Assembly: GCA_030867685.1 (NCBI GenBank) | Contig: JAQOWU010000008.1 | Coordinates: 4,092,001-4,156,000, forward strand | DNA length: 64,000 nucleotides | Source of the DNA: Wickerhamiella versatilis | Lineage: Eukaryota | Reading direction: 5' to 3' | Part shown: in pieces, positions 1-11,720 of the stretch | How the letters are laid out: every line of letters begins with the position of its first letter | How positions within the stretch are numbered: position 1 is the stretch's first letter | Translations under genes and position numbers: made by a program | Notes under the pieces: generated by a model | Databases searched by the model: none | Seen by the model: only the letters and a program-made list of their open reading frames with translations | What the model was told of the DNA's origin: nothing

Positions 1-1825
1 CTTTTGGTTCGTGCAACTTTAAGCTTGCCAAGTCTATAACTAGACCTTCACCCGGTTTCAGCTGTCCACTCGAAGCCTCTGGGCTTTTCTCATGCGAAGT
101 TCTAGGGCATTCAGGGGAATTGCTGATATCTGAGATAGGTGAAGACGACGAAGACGCTCCATCCCCGATAGTTTCATCAGTGTGGGGCAGTTCCGAGGCA
201 GGTTGAGATGCCTGTGCAGGGGGAGGGGGCGAGAGACACTCAATTGACTGGCTCAGGTCAAGAGGGCTCGGCATATTGTTTTCCAGCCTCTCAACTTCCG
301 AAGGCGATGGCGGACTATCAAGTAATCTTAGTTCATGGGTTTCAGTGCTTGACACATACAACGCGTTAACCGGTCCGGTGTCTGCATATTTTTTCAATTG
401 TGATATGACAGGATAATGCATAATTTCTGTTGATAACAGGCTCCTCGAAGATATAAAAAAAGGTAACCCTTCATATGCCTTGTTTACCCTTATATAGACA
501 CTGACTGGATCTTCCGGCACCTCATATGCAACCAAATAGTCATTTTTATCTATAGATTCAGCTAGCAATGCGGAATCCGGGAATTCATTGTAAATTTTGT
601 GTTGCCAAATATCCGTGACCTTTAAATTACCTGAAATCCCTGTAAGCCGCTGTACTTGCATCTTAAGGTCTTCGACAGTGTCAAGGGGCTCGAGTACAAC
701 ATCGAGGGACAGGATACCACCATTGAAAGGCAATACTGTGACGTGATGCATCCACACATTGGAGCTGGGTAGAGGCAACGTAAGATTCAGGAATGGGTCG
801 AAGGTGATAGAAACTTTATCACATTCGGGGCAGACTAGTGTGGATTTATACATACCAGTGAAAAGATCTTGGATAGCAGAATCATTTCTCAAGCAGTGTG
901 ACTCCCAGCATTTCTTTGCTAAATCCGAAACTTCTTCAGTGGTCGCACGCGAATCTTCAGGGAGTTCTGGTTTGGTTGTCGCTGGCTTGTCTACGACTCG
1001 ATTGAGATCCTCATGCAGGCTGTCCAGCAACCACGAGAAAAATTCTTGAGAGTCTTGCTGAAAATATCCAGCAAATGCTCTGTTATAGTGCCCTATTGTA
1101 GCTTTAAACTGGAGAGGCGAGACTCTATATGCATCAGAGTTGCCATATAAATCCTTGAGAAGATCTGCAAACACTCGGGCAACATTGCCACCATAGCCTA
1201 TAGGGTTAGATGGATTCACATCTTTCTCATAGTGCCCACTCAAAAAGTAAGCAACGAGCTCATTAACATGGGATATACATTGTAGAGCAGAGTTCATATA
1301 GCACGTGTTGCCCAAATTAGATAGTCCTTTGCATCCAGCTGGTTCAATATTCACGGACATTACACCGTGAACCGTTTCCTGGGTTGGATCATTTACACGT
1401 CTCCCATCAATATACAAGATATCACCAGGATTTCTTGTAATCAATTCATCAAGGGTGCGCCCCGGTGTGCTCGTGATAATAGTTTTCTTGAGCCCATTGT
1501 CTAAAGTGCAATGAACTACTGCAACGTCCTCCGCCAAACCATACCAATCTTTCAGTTGTGAGAATGCAAAGTCAGAGACTTCTGGTCCCTGCCCAAGTCT
1601 AAGCGGTTCCATTGGGGTGGTTCGATCTGGGTTTTTGAACGCGTCCCACCAAGGCTGAGATACTCGAAGAGAATTTACACCATCAGTGACAGGTTCGATA
1701 GCGACTCGACGGTCCTGTTCAATAGAGGCACTATTTTCTAAGTGGTTTGTTGCCTCACCCCCTGCATCTTGTGATGGTGGTGGATCTATGCGGGAGAAAC
1801 GTCGTTTGCTTCCCGCGGAATCCAT
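1..1825 (-). CDS. UBP12: Ubiquitin-specific protease (USP/UBP12 family), 3' end runs off the window start
   Basis: Missing from the ORF track because there is no stop inside the window. Manual minus-strand translation from ATG at 1825 gives MDSAGSKRRFSR..., the Cys box GCKGLSNLGNTCYMNSALQC, NPSNPIGYGG, QQDSQEFFSWLLDSLHEDLNRV and CPECDKVSITFDPF. Confidence 0.85.
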   Translation of the reverse strand, partial: MDSAGSKRRFSRIDPPPSQDAGGEATNHLENSASIEQDRRVAIEPVTDGVNSLRVSQPWWDAFKNPDRTTPMEPLRLGQGPEVSDFAFSQLKDWYGLAEDVAVVHCTLDNGLKKTIITSTPGRTLDELITRNPGDILYIDGRRVNDPTQETVHGVMSVNIEPAGCKGLSNLGNTCYMNSALQCISHVNELVAYFLSGHYEKDVNPSNPIGYGGNVARVFADLLKDLYGNSDAYRVSPLQFKATIGHYNRAFAGYFQQDSQEFFSWLLDSLHEDLNRVVDKPATTKPELPEDSRATTEEVSDLAKKCWESHCLRNDSAIQDLFTGMYKSTLVCPECDKVSITFDPFLNLTLPLPSSNVWMHHVTVLPFNGGILSLDVVLEPLDTVEDLKMQVQRLTGISGNLKVTDIWQHKIYNEFPDSALLAESIDKNDYLVAYEVPEDPVSVYIRVNKAYEGLPFFISSRSLLSTEIMHYPVISQLKKYADTGPVNALYVSSTETHELRLLDSPPSPSEVERLENNMPSPLDLSQSIECLSPPPPAQASQPASELPHTDETIGDGASSSSSPISDISNSPECPRTSHEKSPEASSGQLKPGEGLVIDLASLKLHEPK

Positions 1826-1955
1826 GCTTACGAATCGTGAATGCTGGTGTGTGTGTATCTTTAAAATTGTCACCGGCTGCTAATTCATAACTTTTCTAAT
1901 GACTAATTTTCATATCCAGCTAAATGTACTGGAGATGTGGTATTGTCCTAAGGGC

Positions 1956-3272
1956 TTAGCGTAGTACCATCATTTTTGGCGTATTTGACATCAAGGGAGG
2001 AGGGGGTGGTGCAGAGAAAAGACGCCAGAATTTCAGGTTTTCATCCGTGGCACATGTGGCCAGCATCTCACCATCAGGACTTAAAGCAGCATGCAGAATG
2101 CGAGTATCGTGTGCTTCAACATCGGCCACTCGACTTAGACTTGGATAGGACCACACAGATAAGTAATTAGTCGGGTAGCCATGGCAAGAAGCTAACTCGC
2201 GTCCGTGAGGATTCCATCTTAGAGCAGTAACCTGGGATCCAGTGTCTATGCTATTCATTCGCGCACCGGTGGTGGTGTTCCATAAATGAATTTGTCGATC
2301 CAGCGAGCCACCCCCAGTTGCCAGAAGACTTGTTTGCCACGGGCACCATGCCAGCGCTTTTACCGCTGCTGTGTGATTGGTCTTAGAATGTCGAGGTACT
2401 GATGTAGTCCTAGCATCCCAAATATTTACAATATTGTCATTGCCACCGCTAGCCAGCTGACTGCCATCTGCACGCCAAGTTAGACCACAAACTTCGCCTG
2501 TGTGGTTGGATAGCTCGGCTGATTTATGCTGAGCAATGCGAACATCGTGGTGCCAAATATTTCCGTCACGTGCACCACTACTCAGGATATGCTGATTCCA
2601 TGCCAAACTTGATACTCGGCTAATCCGTCCCCTCATGGTACGGAGCCGTTTCTCTGCCTCGACGTCCCAAATTTGAATATCACCTGTGCTGGAACCTATT
2701 GCCAAATAACCGTCGTTTGACCACTTTACACTAGACACATAGTCACCGTCGGGTAGCTCTGCAGCAGCAGATACATCACCAGTGGATGCATTCCATACAT
2801 AAACTGAATTTTCAAGTCCAATTGCCACCTTGTTTTGCTGAGACCAATCCAGCAAGTTCAGATAATAATCATCGAGAATCCCAGGTGCGTCAAGGATACG
2901 TTCAGGGACAGAGGATATCTTGCGAGCCGGTTTTACGCGTGCTGGCTTTTGAGTTAAATACTGTGCTCGCAGATCTGCTGGGAGCATCGATTGTGGTGCA
3001 GGTGCTCGATATTCTAATATTCGGGTGGCTCGAGCCCCGCATGCTTCTGCCAAAGCCTGGGCTTCACTTCCCAGTACTGGAGCACTAAGGGAGTGCGACG
3101 CTGGAATGAACCTATCTGCGCCCTTTTTTCGGGGGCTTCTGTTCGTTCCACCTGACCGCGGTCTCTCGAAAATTGAGGCGTCTGTGAGCATAGTTGCTTC
3201 ACGGCAGCTCAAATTTGCGCGCATCGAAGATCGGTATACATGTGCTGGAGAATAGGCACATTGTGATGCCAT
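1956..3272 (-). CDS. CDC20: APC/C activator Cdc20 (WD40)
   Basis: C-box DRFIP, RILEY Mad2-binding-like segment, PERILDAPGILDDYYLNLLDWS and WD40 repeats. ATG at 3272 preferred over the track start at 3410. Confidence 0.92.
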   Translation of the reverse strand: MASQCAYSPAHVYRSSMRANLSCREATMLTDASIFERPRSGGTNRSPRKKGADRFIPASHSLSAPVLGSEAQALAEACGARATRILEYRAPAPQSMLPADLRAQYLTQKPARVKPARKISSVPERILDAPGILDDYYLNLLDWSQQNKVAIGLENSVYVWNASTGDVSAAAELPDGDYVSSVKWSNDGYLAIGSSTGDIQIWDVEAEKRLRTMRGRISRVSSLAWNQHILSSGARDGNIWHHDVRIAQHKSAELSNHTGEVCGLTWRADGSQLASGGNDNIVNIWDARTTSVPRHSKTNHTAAVKALAWCPWQTSLLATGGGSLDRQIHLWNTTTGARMNSIDTGSQVTALRWNPHGRELASCHGYPTNYLSVWSYPSLSRVADVEAHDTRILHAALSPDGEMLATCATDENLKFWRLFSAPPPPPLMSNTPKMMVLR

Positions 3273-3334
3273 GACGAGGCCTGCTGTGGTGGGTTGGGAT
3301 TGAAGATGGTTTTGGCGTGGACTAATAAGTATTA

Positions 3335-3360
3335 TGTTTATTGGTATCCTAGTTGGGTAT
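3335..3360 (-). promoter_or_regulatory. Putative Mcm1 (CC-N6-GG) plus forkhead (ATAAACA) composite element upstream of CDC20
   Basis: Minus strand reads ATACCCAACTAGGATA-CCA-ATAAACA, 63-88 bp upstream of the ATG. It resembles CLB2-cluster Mcm1/Fkh2 sites. Confidence 0.5.
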
Positions 3361-3703
3361 ATTAGTAATGTATCGTGTGACCTGCAGGTCCACTGGTTAA
3401 TACAGATCATAGTTCGATTTGCCAGAGTTGATTGGAGGTCAATGCTTTTTTCCTATAGCTATTGGGCAACCATTGACCGATAGAACCTTTTTTCGGAATC
3501 GGTATGTGGCTTAGAGTGGTGCATACAGTATTTTAAACGGGTAACCAGATATTGGAGCGATATTTAGACTCCCTATACACACTACAAACAGGAATTATTT
3601 TGAAAGGACTCTGCGTTTTCCTAGCAACTTTGAATTCTGCCTATCGCGTGCTGATCATGGCTTTTGGGCAAAAAAGCCTGCCAGTGGTACCCTTGCCCTG
3701 CCC

Positions 3704-3735
3704 CACGTGCCTGGATCTAATGATTTCCTCACGTG
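3704..3735. promoter_or_regulatory. Two E-boxes (CACGTG) upstream of the bHLH gene
   Basis: CACGTG at 3704-3709 and TCACGTG at 3729-3735, within 70 bp of the ATG at 3772. Confidence 0.5.
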
Positions 3736-3771
3736 CCTGTCTGTCCAATTCCTCGCATCATTCTATCGATC

Positions 3772-4185
3772 ATGCTTCCCACGCCGCCATCTTCAGAATT
3801 CCTTAAGAAGGATGACGCAAATGAGGTTACAAGCATGGTTTTGCCGGAGCCTATGGTAGCCACTCCACGTATAGGAGGGAGCGGTGTTGGCAAGAGGAGA
3901 CAAACGCACAGCGAAATCGAAAGACGCAGAAGAAATAAACTTAACGAGAAATTCGATGAGTTGCGTGAACTCATTCCCTCCTGCGCTGATTTCCGCTTTG
4001 CCAAACGCGGTGGAGACACCGGATTGCACAAACTGGATATTTTAACGGAAGCAGTCGATTATATTCGATTCCTACATGATAATAACAATAACGAAAAACC
4101 CGATCCCAAGAAAACTTCCCCAGATACCATAACCCCTACCAATTCTAAGAGGGACGTTACAAGGATATCGTTTTTGATCAATTGA
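3772..4185 (+). CDS. Small bHLH transcription factor
   Basis: Basic region RRQTHSEIERRRRNKLNEKFDELRELIP and helix 2 LHKLDILTEAVDYIRFL. The H-E-R pattern is typical of CACGTG binders. First in-frame ATG is at 3772. Confidence 0.85.
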   Translation: MLPTPPSSEFLKKDDANEVTSMVLPEPMVATPRIGGSGVGKRRQTHSEIERRRRNKLNEKFDELRELIPSCADFRFAKRGGDTGLHKLDILTEAVDYIRFLHDNNNNEKPDPKKTSPDTITPTNSKRDVTRISFLIN

Positions 4186-4395
4186 CAGCCAGCACGTGAG
4201 CTCAACTTTTTCCTGATAGCTAGCTAATGTGCATACGTCCACCTACAATAGAAACGATTCCTAATATATGATAGATTTTCAATATAATATTTGCTTTTAA
4301 TATACGTCTAGGTTTGCATCGTATTGCAAAACGTTAGGTACAGTTTGTACCAACCCGATCTCAATTTTATCAAGTGTCAATTGTTTTTCTAAATC

Positions 4396-6132
<1,737 letters not shown>

Positions 6133-6185
6133 TCAATCGGATGAAAAACTCTATTCCCACTAACATGTGACCTCACGCAATAATC

Positions 6186-6192
6186 CACGTGA
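6186..6192 (-). promoter_or_regulatory. Cbf1-type TCACGTG site in the MET3 promoter
   Basis: CACGTGA at 6186-6192, about 72 bp upstream of the MET3 ATG, with a variant CATGTGA at 6164-6170. TCACGTG is the canonical MET-regulon element. Confidence 0.6.
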
Positions 6193-6546
6193 CACGCTCG
6201 ACATTCATGACAAATGCAGATTGTACCCTAACCATGAAAGACAATGTATATAATTACATTGGATTCCCAATAGTGTTTTTTCTTAATCTCTTTGCCATCT
6301 GGCTAAGATCAAGTGTAGTATCTGTTCTTTTCAGTGTAACAGCTGAAATGGTGCCACGGCGCCTAATTTATCAAGTTACTTTTTAAAATTTTTGGATTTT
6401 GCGTTGGGTCCCCTGAGCTTGCTCATGATTTGACGTATTGTGTCGTTGCCCCTACACTGATGGCTTCCGATGCATGCTCGATTTAAGAGGCAGGGTTGCG
6501 TCTTGAGCCGAGCTGTGGTAGTTGCTCAGTGATCATATATAGGTAT

Positions 6547-6574
6547 AGGTCGTGCAGGTCGCGCAGGTCGCGCA
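6547..6574 (+). repeat. 9-bp tandem repeat x3 (AGGTCGYGC) just upstream of the PP2C gene
   Basis: aggtcgtgc aggtcgcgc aggtcgcgc a. Confidence 0.7.
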
Positions 6575-6604
6575 TAAAGTCGTACTAGATTTGAGCCTTG
6601 ATTC

Positions 6605-7405
6605 ATGCTCCCATTTGTAGCCTTCGAGGCACAATGTAAATCCCAGGGGGGTGAGGATAGATACTCTGCCAGGCGCATAGGGGACCACATCACCTTTGCT
6701 GCAGTTTTTGATGGCCATGCCGGTTCGGCGGCTGCGGAATGGTGCGCGCGTAATATGGCCGATCTTGTCACAACGGAACTTGTCCATACGAGTGCTGTTG
6801 ACGCCCTTGCACGAGCATTTGTGCGGGGTAATCAGAGATTGAGTTCAGTATCTGCTGGCACTACGGCTAGTGTGGTTCTGGTCATCGACAATTGGTACCT
6901 CGTAACTGCCAATGTTGGAGACTCGAAGGTGATCTTGTGTGATGGGGGAAGAGCCTTGGAGCTAACGGCTGGGCATCGTACAAGCCTGGCATCAGAGGCG
7001 GATCGGATAAAGAAACACGGCGGGTCAATCATAGGGGACCGTATCAATGGCATTCTCGCGGTGACCAGAAGTCTGGGAGACACTGAATTTGGTGATGTGG
7101 TGACTGCATATCCCACAGTTACCGACTGCCTAGTGGGACCGTCCACAGAGTTCGCAGTTATAGCCAGTGACGGCCTGTGGGATGTGTGCACCCCCGCTCA
7201 AGCTGTTCGCTTGGTTCGCGGGTCCTATGTACCAGGCGAAATGGCAGAATTACTGGTCGAGTACGCCGCCCGGCAGTATAGAGAAAAGGGGGAAAAAGCT
7301 GACGATATTACCGTGGGCGTTATTCAGTTTAAAAGGCCTAATATCCAAGAGTGGTCATTTGAAAGCGAAATGGAGCGCGAAATTGGTAATAAATATCTAG
7401 ATTAG
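6605..7405 (+). CDS. Protein phosphatase 2C (PPM family), Ptc1-like, catalytic domain only
   Basis: EDR, AVFDGHAG, AGTTA, TANVGDS, LAVTRSLGD, IASDGLWDV and DDITV motifs. Confidence 0.9.
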   Translation: MLPFVAFEAQCKSQGGEDRYSARRIGDHITFAAVFDGHAGSAAAEWCARNMADLVTTELVHTSAVDALARAFVRGNQRLSSVSAGTTASVVLVIDNWYLVTANVGDSKVILCDGGRALELTAGHRTSLASEADRIKKHGGSIIGDRINGILAVTRSLGDTEFGDVVTAYPTVTDCLVGPSTEFAVIASDGLWDVCTPAQAVRLVRGSYVPGEMAELLVEYAARQYREKGEKADDITVGVIQFKRPNIQEWSFESEMEREIGNKYLD

Positions 7406-7407
7406 AC

Positions 7408-8337
7408 TTATCCTTCCAGTAAGTAACGAAGAATGTCACAAAGACTAACCACGCCCTTCAAGAAATTATTCCCGTCCACAACAAATAGACGAAGCAGACG
7501 GGATCGGCGGATTGTCTCCATTATATCTGCTACGGTATCTGTCTCAGCACATGTTAAAACTCCCTCAAAGTCCGGCGGCCGCCGCATCAGTGCCTCCCCC
7601 ACAGTCATATTGAGATCCGAGTGGCCGTTTGATTTTATTAGCGTCAGCACGTCAAAAGTCTCATACATGTTCATGAGCCTTCCCTGCTCGTCCACAATAG
7701 GCAGACTGCTAATGGCCCGCTCACTGAAAAGAGAAACAACCTCCTTAAGAGTGGTATCTATGCTTGCAGTTACAAGGTTATCCCTTGTTATGATGCCCAA
7801 ATCTCGGATTATTCCCCTCAAATGGTTGGTTTCCTTGCAGTTGAGGGCAACGAACCTCAGGATACGGTACTGGGTCAGGACACTCACAACAATTTCCCGT
7901 TCACATCCGGGGTCCAGATCCACCAGAGGAAGACGATGTGCTTTAGACCTGGCAGTTTCCTGCGCAGCCTCTTGCAGATTAGTGAATGGGTTGATAGAGC
8001 GGGTTTGCAATGGATCCGTGCCAACGCTAATTTCAATGTCCTTGAGATCGTCAAGAGTTACATTGGCAAGTTCATCAAGTATTTTGGGTTTGTTAATGAA
8101 GTACCTAATTACATTCAAAAAGTCAGATGCAGTTAAAAGCCCCGCAAATCGCGACTGGCTACTATTCCACACCGGCGCACTAACGACCCCATTCTGAAGT
8201 AGCGTAAGAAGCGAACCTTTCAAGCTCAGAGTGGAGTCCAAAACTACCAGTTTGAAGCTGACCGGTAGAACATCATAGGACGTCTTAGTCTTCAAGAAGT
8301 CCCGGATAGCCCTTAATGCCTTCTCTTGCCCCTCCAT
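7408..8337 (-). CDS. SNF4: Snf1/AMPK gamma subunit (CBS domains)
   Basis: TSYDVLPVSFKLVVLD, FAGLLTASDF, VVSVLTQYRILRFVALNC, TVGEALMRRPPDFEGV. Confidence 0.95.
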   Translation of the reverse strand: MEGQEKALRAIRDFLKTKTSYDVLPVSFKLVVLDSTLSLKGSLLTLLQNGVVSAPVWNSSQSRFAGLLTASDFLNVIRYFINKPKILDELANVTLDDLKDIEISVGTDPLQTRSINPFTNLQEAAQETARSKAHRLPLVDLDPGCEREIVVSVLTQYRILRFVALNCKETNHLRGIIRDLGIITRDNLVTASIDTTLKEVVSLFSERAISSLPIVDEQGRLMNMYETFDVLTLIKSNGHSDLNMTVGEALMRRPPDFEGVLTCAETDTVADIMETIRRSRLLRLFVVDGNNFLKGVVSLCDILRYLLEG

Positions 8338-8681
8338 CTTGCTGAGTCACCCGAGTGCGGTCGGGGAAGATCACATGCATCAGGTTGACACAGGTTGAGA
8401 ATACCAACCAATGAAAAAAAGGGAGAGAAAAATCCCAAGCTTCTGAATTATTCAGAACCTGCTTCTCCTGTAAGCCTACTTAATGCAAACAATATGCATA
8501 GGACGCGGGGGTCTTAAAAATAAGACAAATGATCAGGAAACTTGCAAAAGTACCCCCACTATCTTATCACAAGCATCTGTTACTTTAAAAACCTTCTAAA
8601 CATAGATTTAACGCGGCCAAACTAAGTACGAAACGGTGGCGTCTTACCTTCAGTAGCCCTAACCCGTGGACATAAGAGCGC

Positions 8682-8688
8682 CAGCGTG
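8682..8688 (+). promoter_or_regulatory. UPRE-1 core (CAGCGTG), putative Hac1 site upstream of PDI1
   Basis: CAGCGTG 40 bp upstream of the PDI1 ATG, the same core as the KAR2 UPRE. PDI1 is a classic UPR target. Confidence 0.5.
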
Positions 8689-8727
8689 TATATTACTTAT
8701 TGCATTGTTAGCTTATTACCTTCAGCT

Positions 8728-10167
8728 ATGAATCTTTTCAATCTTCTAGCTGTAGCTACACTCGCTGCTGCAAGCGATGTTGTTGAGCTTGGTTCCAGTA
8801 CATTCCCTAGCCATATTCAGAAGAATGGCCTAGTCCTGGCCGAATTCTTTGCCCCCTGGTGCGGCCATTGCAAGAACTTGGCACCTGAGTATGAAAAAGC
8901 GGCCACATCGCTTAAGGATAAGAATATCAGTCTTGCTAAGGTAGACTGCACAGAAAACCAGGATCTCTGCCAGGAGCTGGACATCAAGGGATTCCCCACT
9001 ATGCTTATCTTTGAGGACGCTGAGAAGACTGGTCGTTACGAAGGTGGCCGTAAAGCAGACGACATTACCAAATTCATGGTTCATAGGTCCCTGCCTGTTG
9101 TCACAGATGTGAAGGAAGAATCAGAAATCGGCTTTTTCTCCGATGAGGGTGGTGTTGTCGCGTTCCTTCCAGCCAAGGGCGATGAAAAGTTCTCAGAGGA
9201 TCTTAAGACTCTCGCCAAGAAGCTTCGTGAAAAGACCTCCTTCGCCCAGACAACAAACCAGGACCTCGCCAAAAAGTATGGTGCTAAGCCGCCTCAAGTT
9301 GCTGTGTTCAAGGAAAGTGAAGAGAAGCCTGCTTTGACCAGCGACCTGAATCCTGAGCATCTCGAGAAGTTCATCAACGTGGAAAGCTTCCCGTCTTTTG
9401 GCGAGCTGAGCGCAGATACCTATGTAAACTATATGACTTCCGGCATCCCGGTTATGATCGGCTTCTACGAAAGTGATGACGATAAGGACTTGCTTCGTGA
9501 CTCCCTCAAGCCATACCTTAAAGACTTGAAGGGCAAGGCTAACATCGCATTCCTGAATGCTAAGGCCTATGGACGTCATGCTGAGAATGTCAATCTCAAA
9601 CCAGAATTCCCTGCCCTTGTTGTACATGATGCGGAGACTAATTTGAAGTATATCCATCCTCAAGGCGAACCATTGACGCCAAAGTCCATTGGCAAATATG
9701 CTAAGGACTACGCGGCCGGGAAGATCGAGCCAACTGTAAAGAGTGCACCTGTGCCTGAAACACAGGACGGTCCAGTATATATCCTGGTTGGTTCTGAATT
9801 TGACAAGGTGGTGAAAGATTCAGATAAAGATGTTTTGGTAGAGTTTTATGCACCCTGGTGCGGACACTGCAAGAGGCTGGCCCCAACATATGATGAGCTT
9901 GGAGAGCTTTACAAGGGCTCTGACAATGTTCTCATTGCCAAGGTCGACCACCAGGAAAATGAAGTATCCGAGCGTATTGATGGATATCCCACCATTAAGC
10001 TCTATTCTGCTGGGAAGAAGGATGAGCCTGTCAACTATCGCGGAAACCGGGAGCTCAAAGATTTAGTGGCCTTTATCAAGGAGAATGGCGCACATGCGGA
10101 GGACGGATTTGAGCGACCCCAAAAGGATTCAGCCGAAGACTCTGAAAATGCAAAGGAAGAGCTGTAG
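8728..10167 (+). CDS. PDI1: Protein disulfide isomerase
   Basis: Signal peptide MNLFNLLAVATLAAA, two APWCGHCK sites, C-terminal KEEL. ATG at 8728; the track start is a GTG. Confidence 0.95.
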   Translation: MNLFNLLAVATLAAASDVVELGSSTFPSHIQKNGLVLAEFFAPWCGHCKNLAPEYEKAATSLKDKNISLAKVDCTENQDLCQELDIKGFPTMLIFEDAEKTGRYEGGRKADDITKFMVHRSLPVVTDVKEESEIGFFSDEGGVVAFLPAKGDEKFSEDLKTLAKKLREKTSFAQTTNQDLAKKYGAKPPQVAVFKESEEKPALTSDLNPEHLEKFINVESFPSFGELSADTYVNYMTSGIPVMIGFYESDDDKDLLRDSLKPYLKDLKGKANIAFLNAKAYGRHAENVNLKPEFPALVVHDAETNLKYIHPQGEPLTPKSIGKYAKDYAAGKIEPTVKSAPVPETQDGPVYILVGSEFDKVVKDSDKDVLVEFYAPWCGHCKRLAPTYDELGELYKGSDNVLIAKVDHQENEVSERIDGYPTIKLYSAGKKDEPVNYRGNRELKDLVAFIKENGAHAEDGFERPQKDSAEDSENAKEEL

Positions 10168-10243
10168 GCCTAACACTTTTTTATGCTTATCGTTTTTAAA
10201 GTAGAATGTCATTCTTAGTTGAGCTACTGTTGTAAAAAAGACA

Positions 10244-11332
10244 TTACTTAGTTTCTACCTTTTCTTGTTCCTTTGGAGCCTCATCCTCCTGGGCCTCATC
10301 ATGAGTAGTATCTGGATGACTCTGTTGATCTTCCTTTGGATGACTCGGCGGGGGTAAAACATTGCTTTTAGGCTTCGAGGACGGTCGATCTATCTCCCGG
10401 GATAGGGCACTTTGTTCGGCAAAATACGAATCTAAATCTTGTGATTGATGCTTTTGTGCACTCTTATGGTGTCTGTGACTCGGTGGTTGTGCAATTGTAT
10501 CACCATTACCTGCTGCCTCTATATTTGGAGTCGCTGCTGGCATTGGCGGTGCTGCCGCACTATCCAGAGGCGAATTGTGTAAAGGCTCACCTTCATCGAA
10601 CAGGGTATGTCCAGGTGGCATTTTTTTACTTCTAGCAGGTAGCCGGTGCAAAAGGCCGTAGCCAACACCACAACCTAACAGCAGTGCCCCAGTACGTTCA
10701 TCTCGCCGGGGGACTATCCTAACAGGTCGGAGCGTATCGTAGTCGTGATTATAGACATAGAGCGTAATGCCGCCATCATCAGATGCACCGGCAACATGAG
10801 TTACAACTCTTGCTAGCAGATTTTCTCCACCTTGTTCAAGAAGACCACGCTCGGCCCCCACAATATAATCAGAATGAGAAATTAGCCCTGCATGATCGGC
10901 CGGGCTGTGCGGGGTGGTATCGAGTATATGCCAAACATGTTCTGCAGCTTCGATTGGAGTCCACTGCACGACTGCCCCTAGGCCGTAGTCCTCAGCTGAT
11001 GGTGCGATGCGCACGTTGACAGTTCGAGTTTCAGACCCTTTCATCGACCACACCTCAAGTTGGGCCAACGAGGACGAACGAATCAGTTGGTCAAGCTTTT
11101 CGAGAGGTACATGGGTTGGCTCCACGTCAATGGGGTTCTGCGTCTTAGGTGGCTCGAAAGTCTCGCCATTCACGCCCACAATATAATCGAATAACGGTTC
11201 CAGCCCCGCAGCCACCGCCTCACTACCTGCCTCAGTGTACAATACACGGAATCCATATTCCGGATGCGTACTAGGCTCTGGGGCTATAATGCCCTCGGCT
11301 TGTTTGACCAGCCGACGCGCGAAGCCAAGCAT
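10244..11332 (-). CDS. GRH1: GRASP55/65 homolog
   Basis: N-terminal amphipathic MLGFARRLV, YGFRVL, GLEPLFDYIVGVNG, WHILD...SPADHAGL, LYVYNHDYDTLR, LGCGVGYGLLHRLP. Confidence 0.9.
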   Translation of the reverse strand: MLGFARRLVKQAEGIIAPEPSTHPEYGFRVLYTEAGSEAVAAGLEPLFDYIVGVNGETFEPPKTQNPIDVEPTHVPLEKLDQLIRSSSLAQLEVWSMKGSETRTVNVRIAPSAEDYGLGAVVQWTPIEAAEHVWHILDTTPHSPADHAGLISHSDYIVGAERGLLEQGGENLLARVVTHVAGASDDGGITLYVYNHDYDTLRPVRIVPRRDERTGALLLGCGVGYGLLHRLPARSKKMPPGHTLFDEGEPLHNSPLDSAAAPPMPAATPNIEAAGNGDTIAQPPSHRHHKSAQKHQSQDLDSYFAEQSALSREIDRPSSKPKSNVLPPPSHPKEDQQSHPDTTHDEAQEDEAPKEQEKVETK

Positions 11333-11720
11333 TGTCAGCACTTACGCCCTCAGGGCTCTCCAATATTGGATGATACTATACAACGTTTGTAACAAAATAA
11401 ATTGTGTGTCTGTTATTCTTACATTACCGTAGAATATCTACCTTGGAATATTGCCTGCATTAAACTTCAGCTAAGATCCCGTTCGTCTTAGGCTTATCTC
11501 CGCTAAAGGATCGATGACTCGAATTCTGCCATGATTAACGGGTTAACTATTTGGAAAAATCATAATTAAATGGGATCTGCTGGTATAAATAGACTGCTAG
11601 TGTCTCCTAGTCGCAAACCAAGGCAAAATTGCGTTATCTATAATCTCCTTTGGCTAGCTGACTCACTCTGTTTTACCGGGAACAGTGGAGTCGTTGGAGA
11701 TTGAAGACCAGCCTAGGGCC

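Noticed and set aside
7433-8197. 254-aa antisense ORF over SNF4, and similar shadow ORFs over MET3, PDI1, MDL2, MSL5, RPL19 and YMD8
   Set aside because: These are codon-bias shadows of conserved genes with no recognisable domains.
8441-8457. Perfect inverted repeat TTCTGAAT-T-ATTCAGAA between SNF4 and PDI1
   Set aside because: Short and AT-rich, and expected by chance in 64 kb. No function can be supported.
11333-11346. GTAAGT-GCTGAC directly before the GRH1 ATG
   Set aside because: Donor-like and branch-like motifs are adjacent, with no room for an intron and no acceptor.
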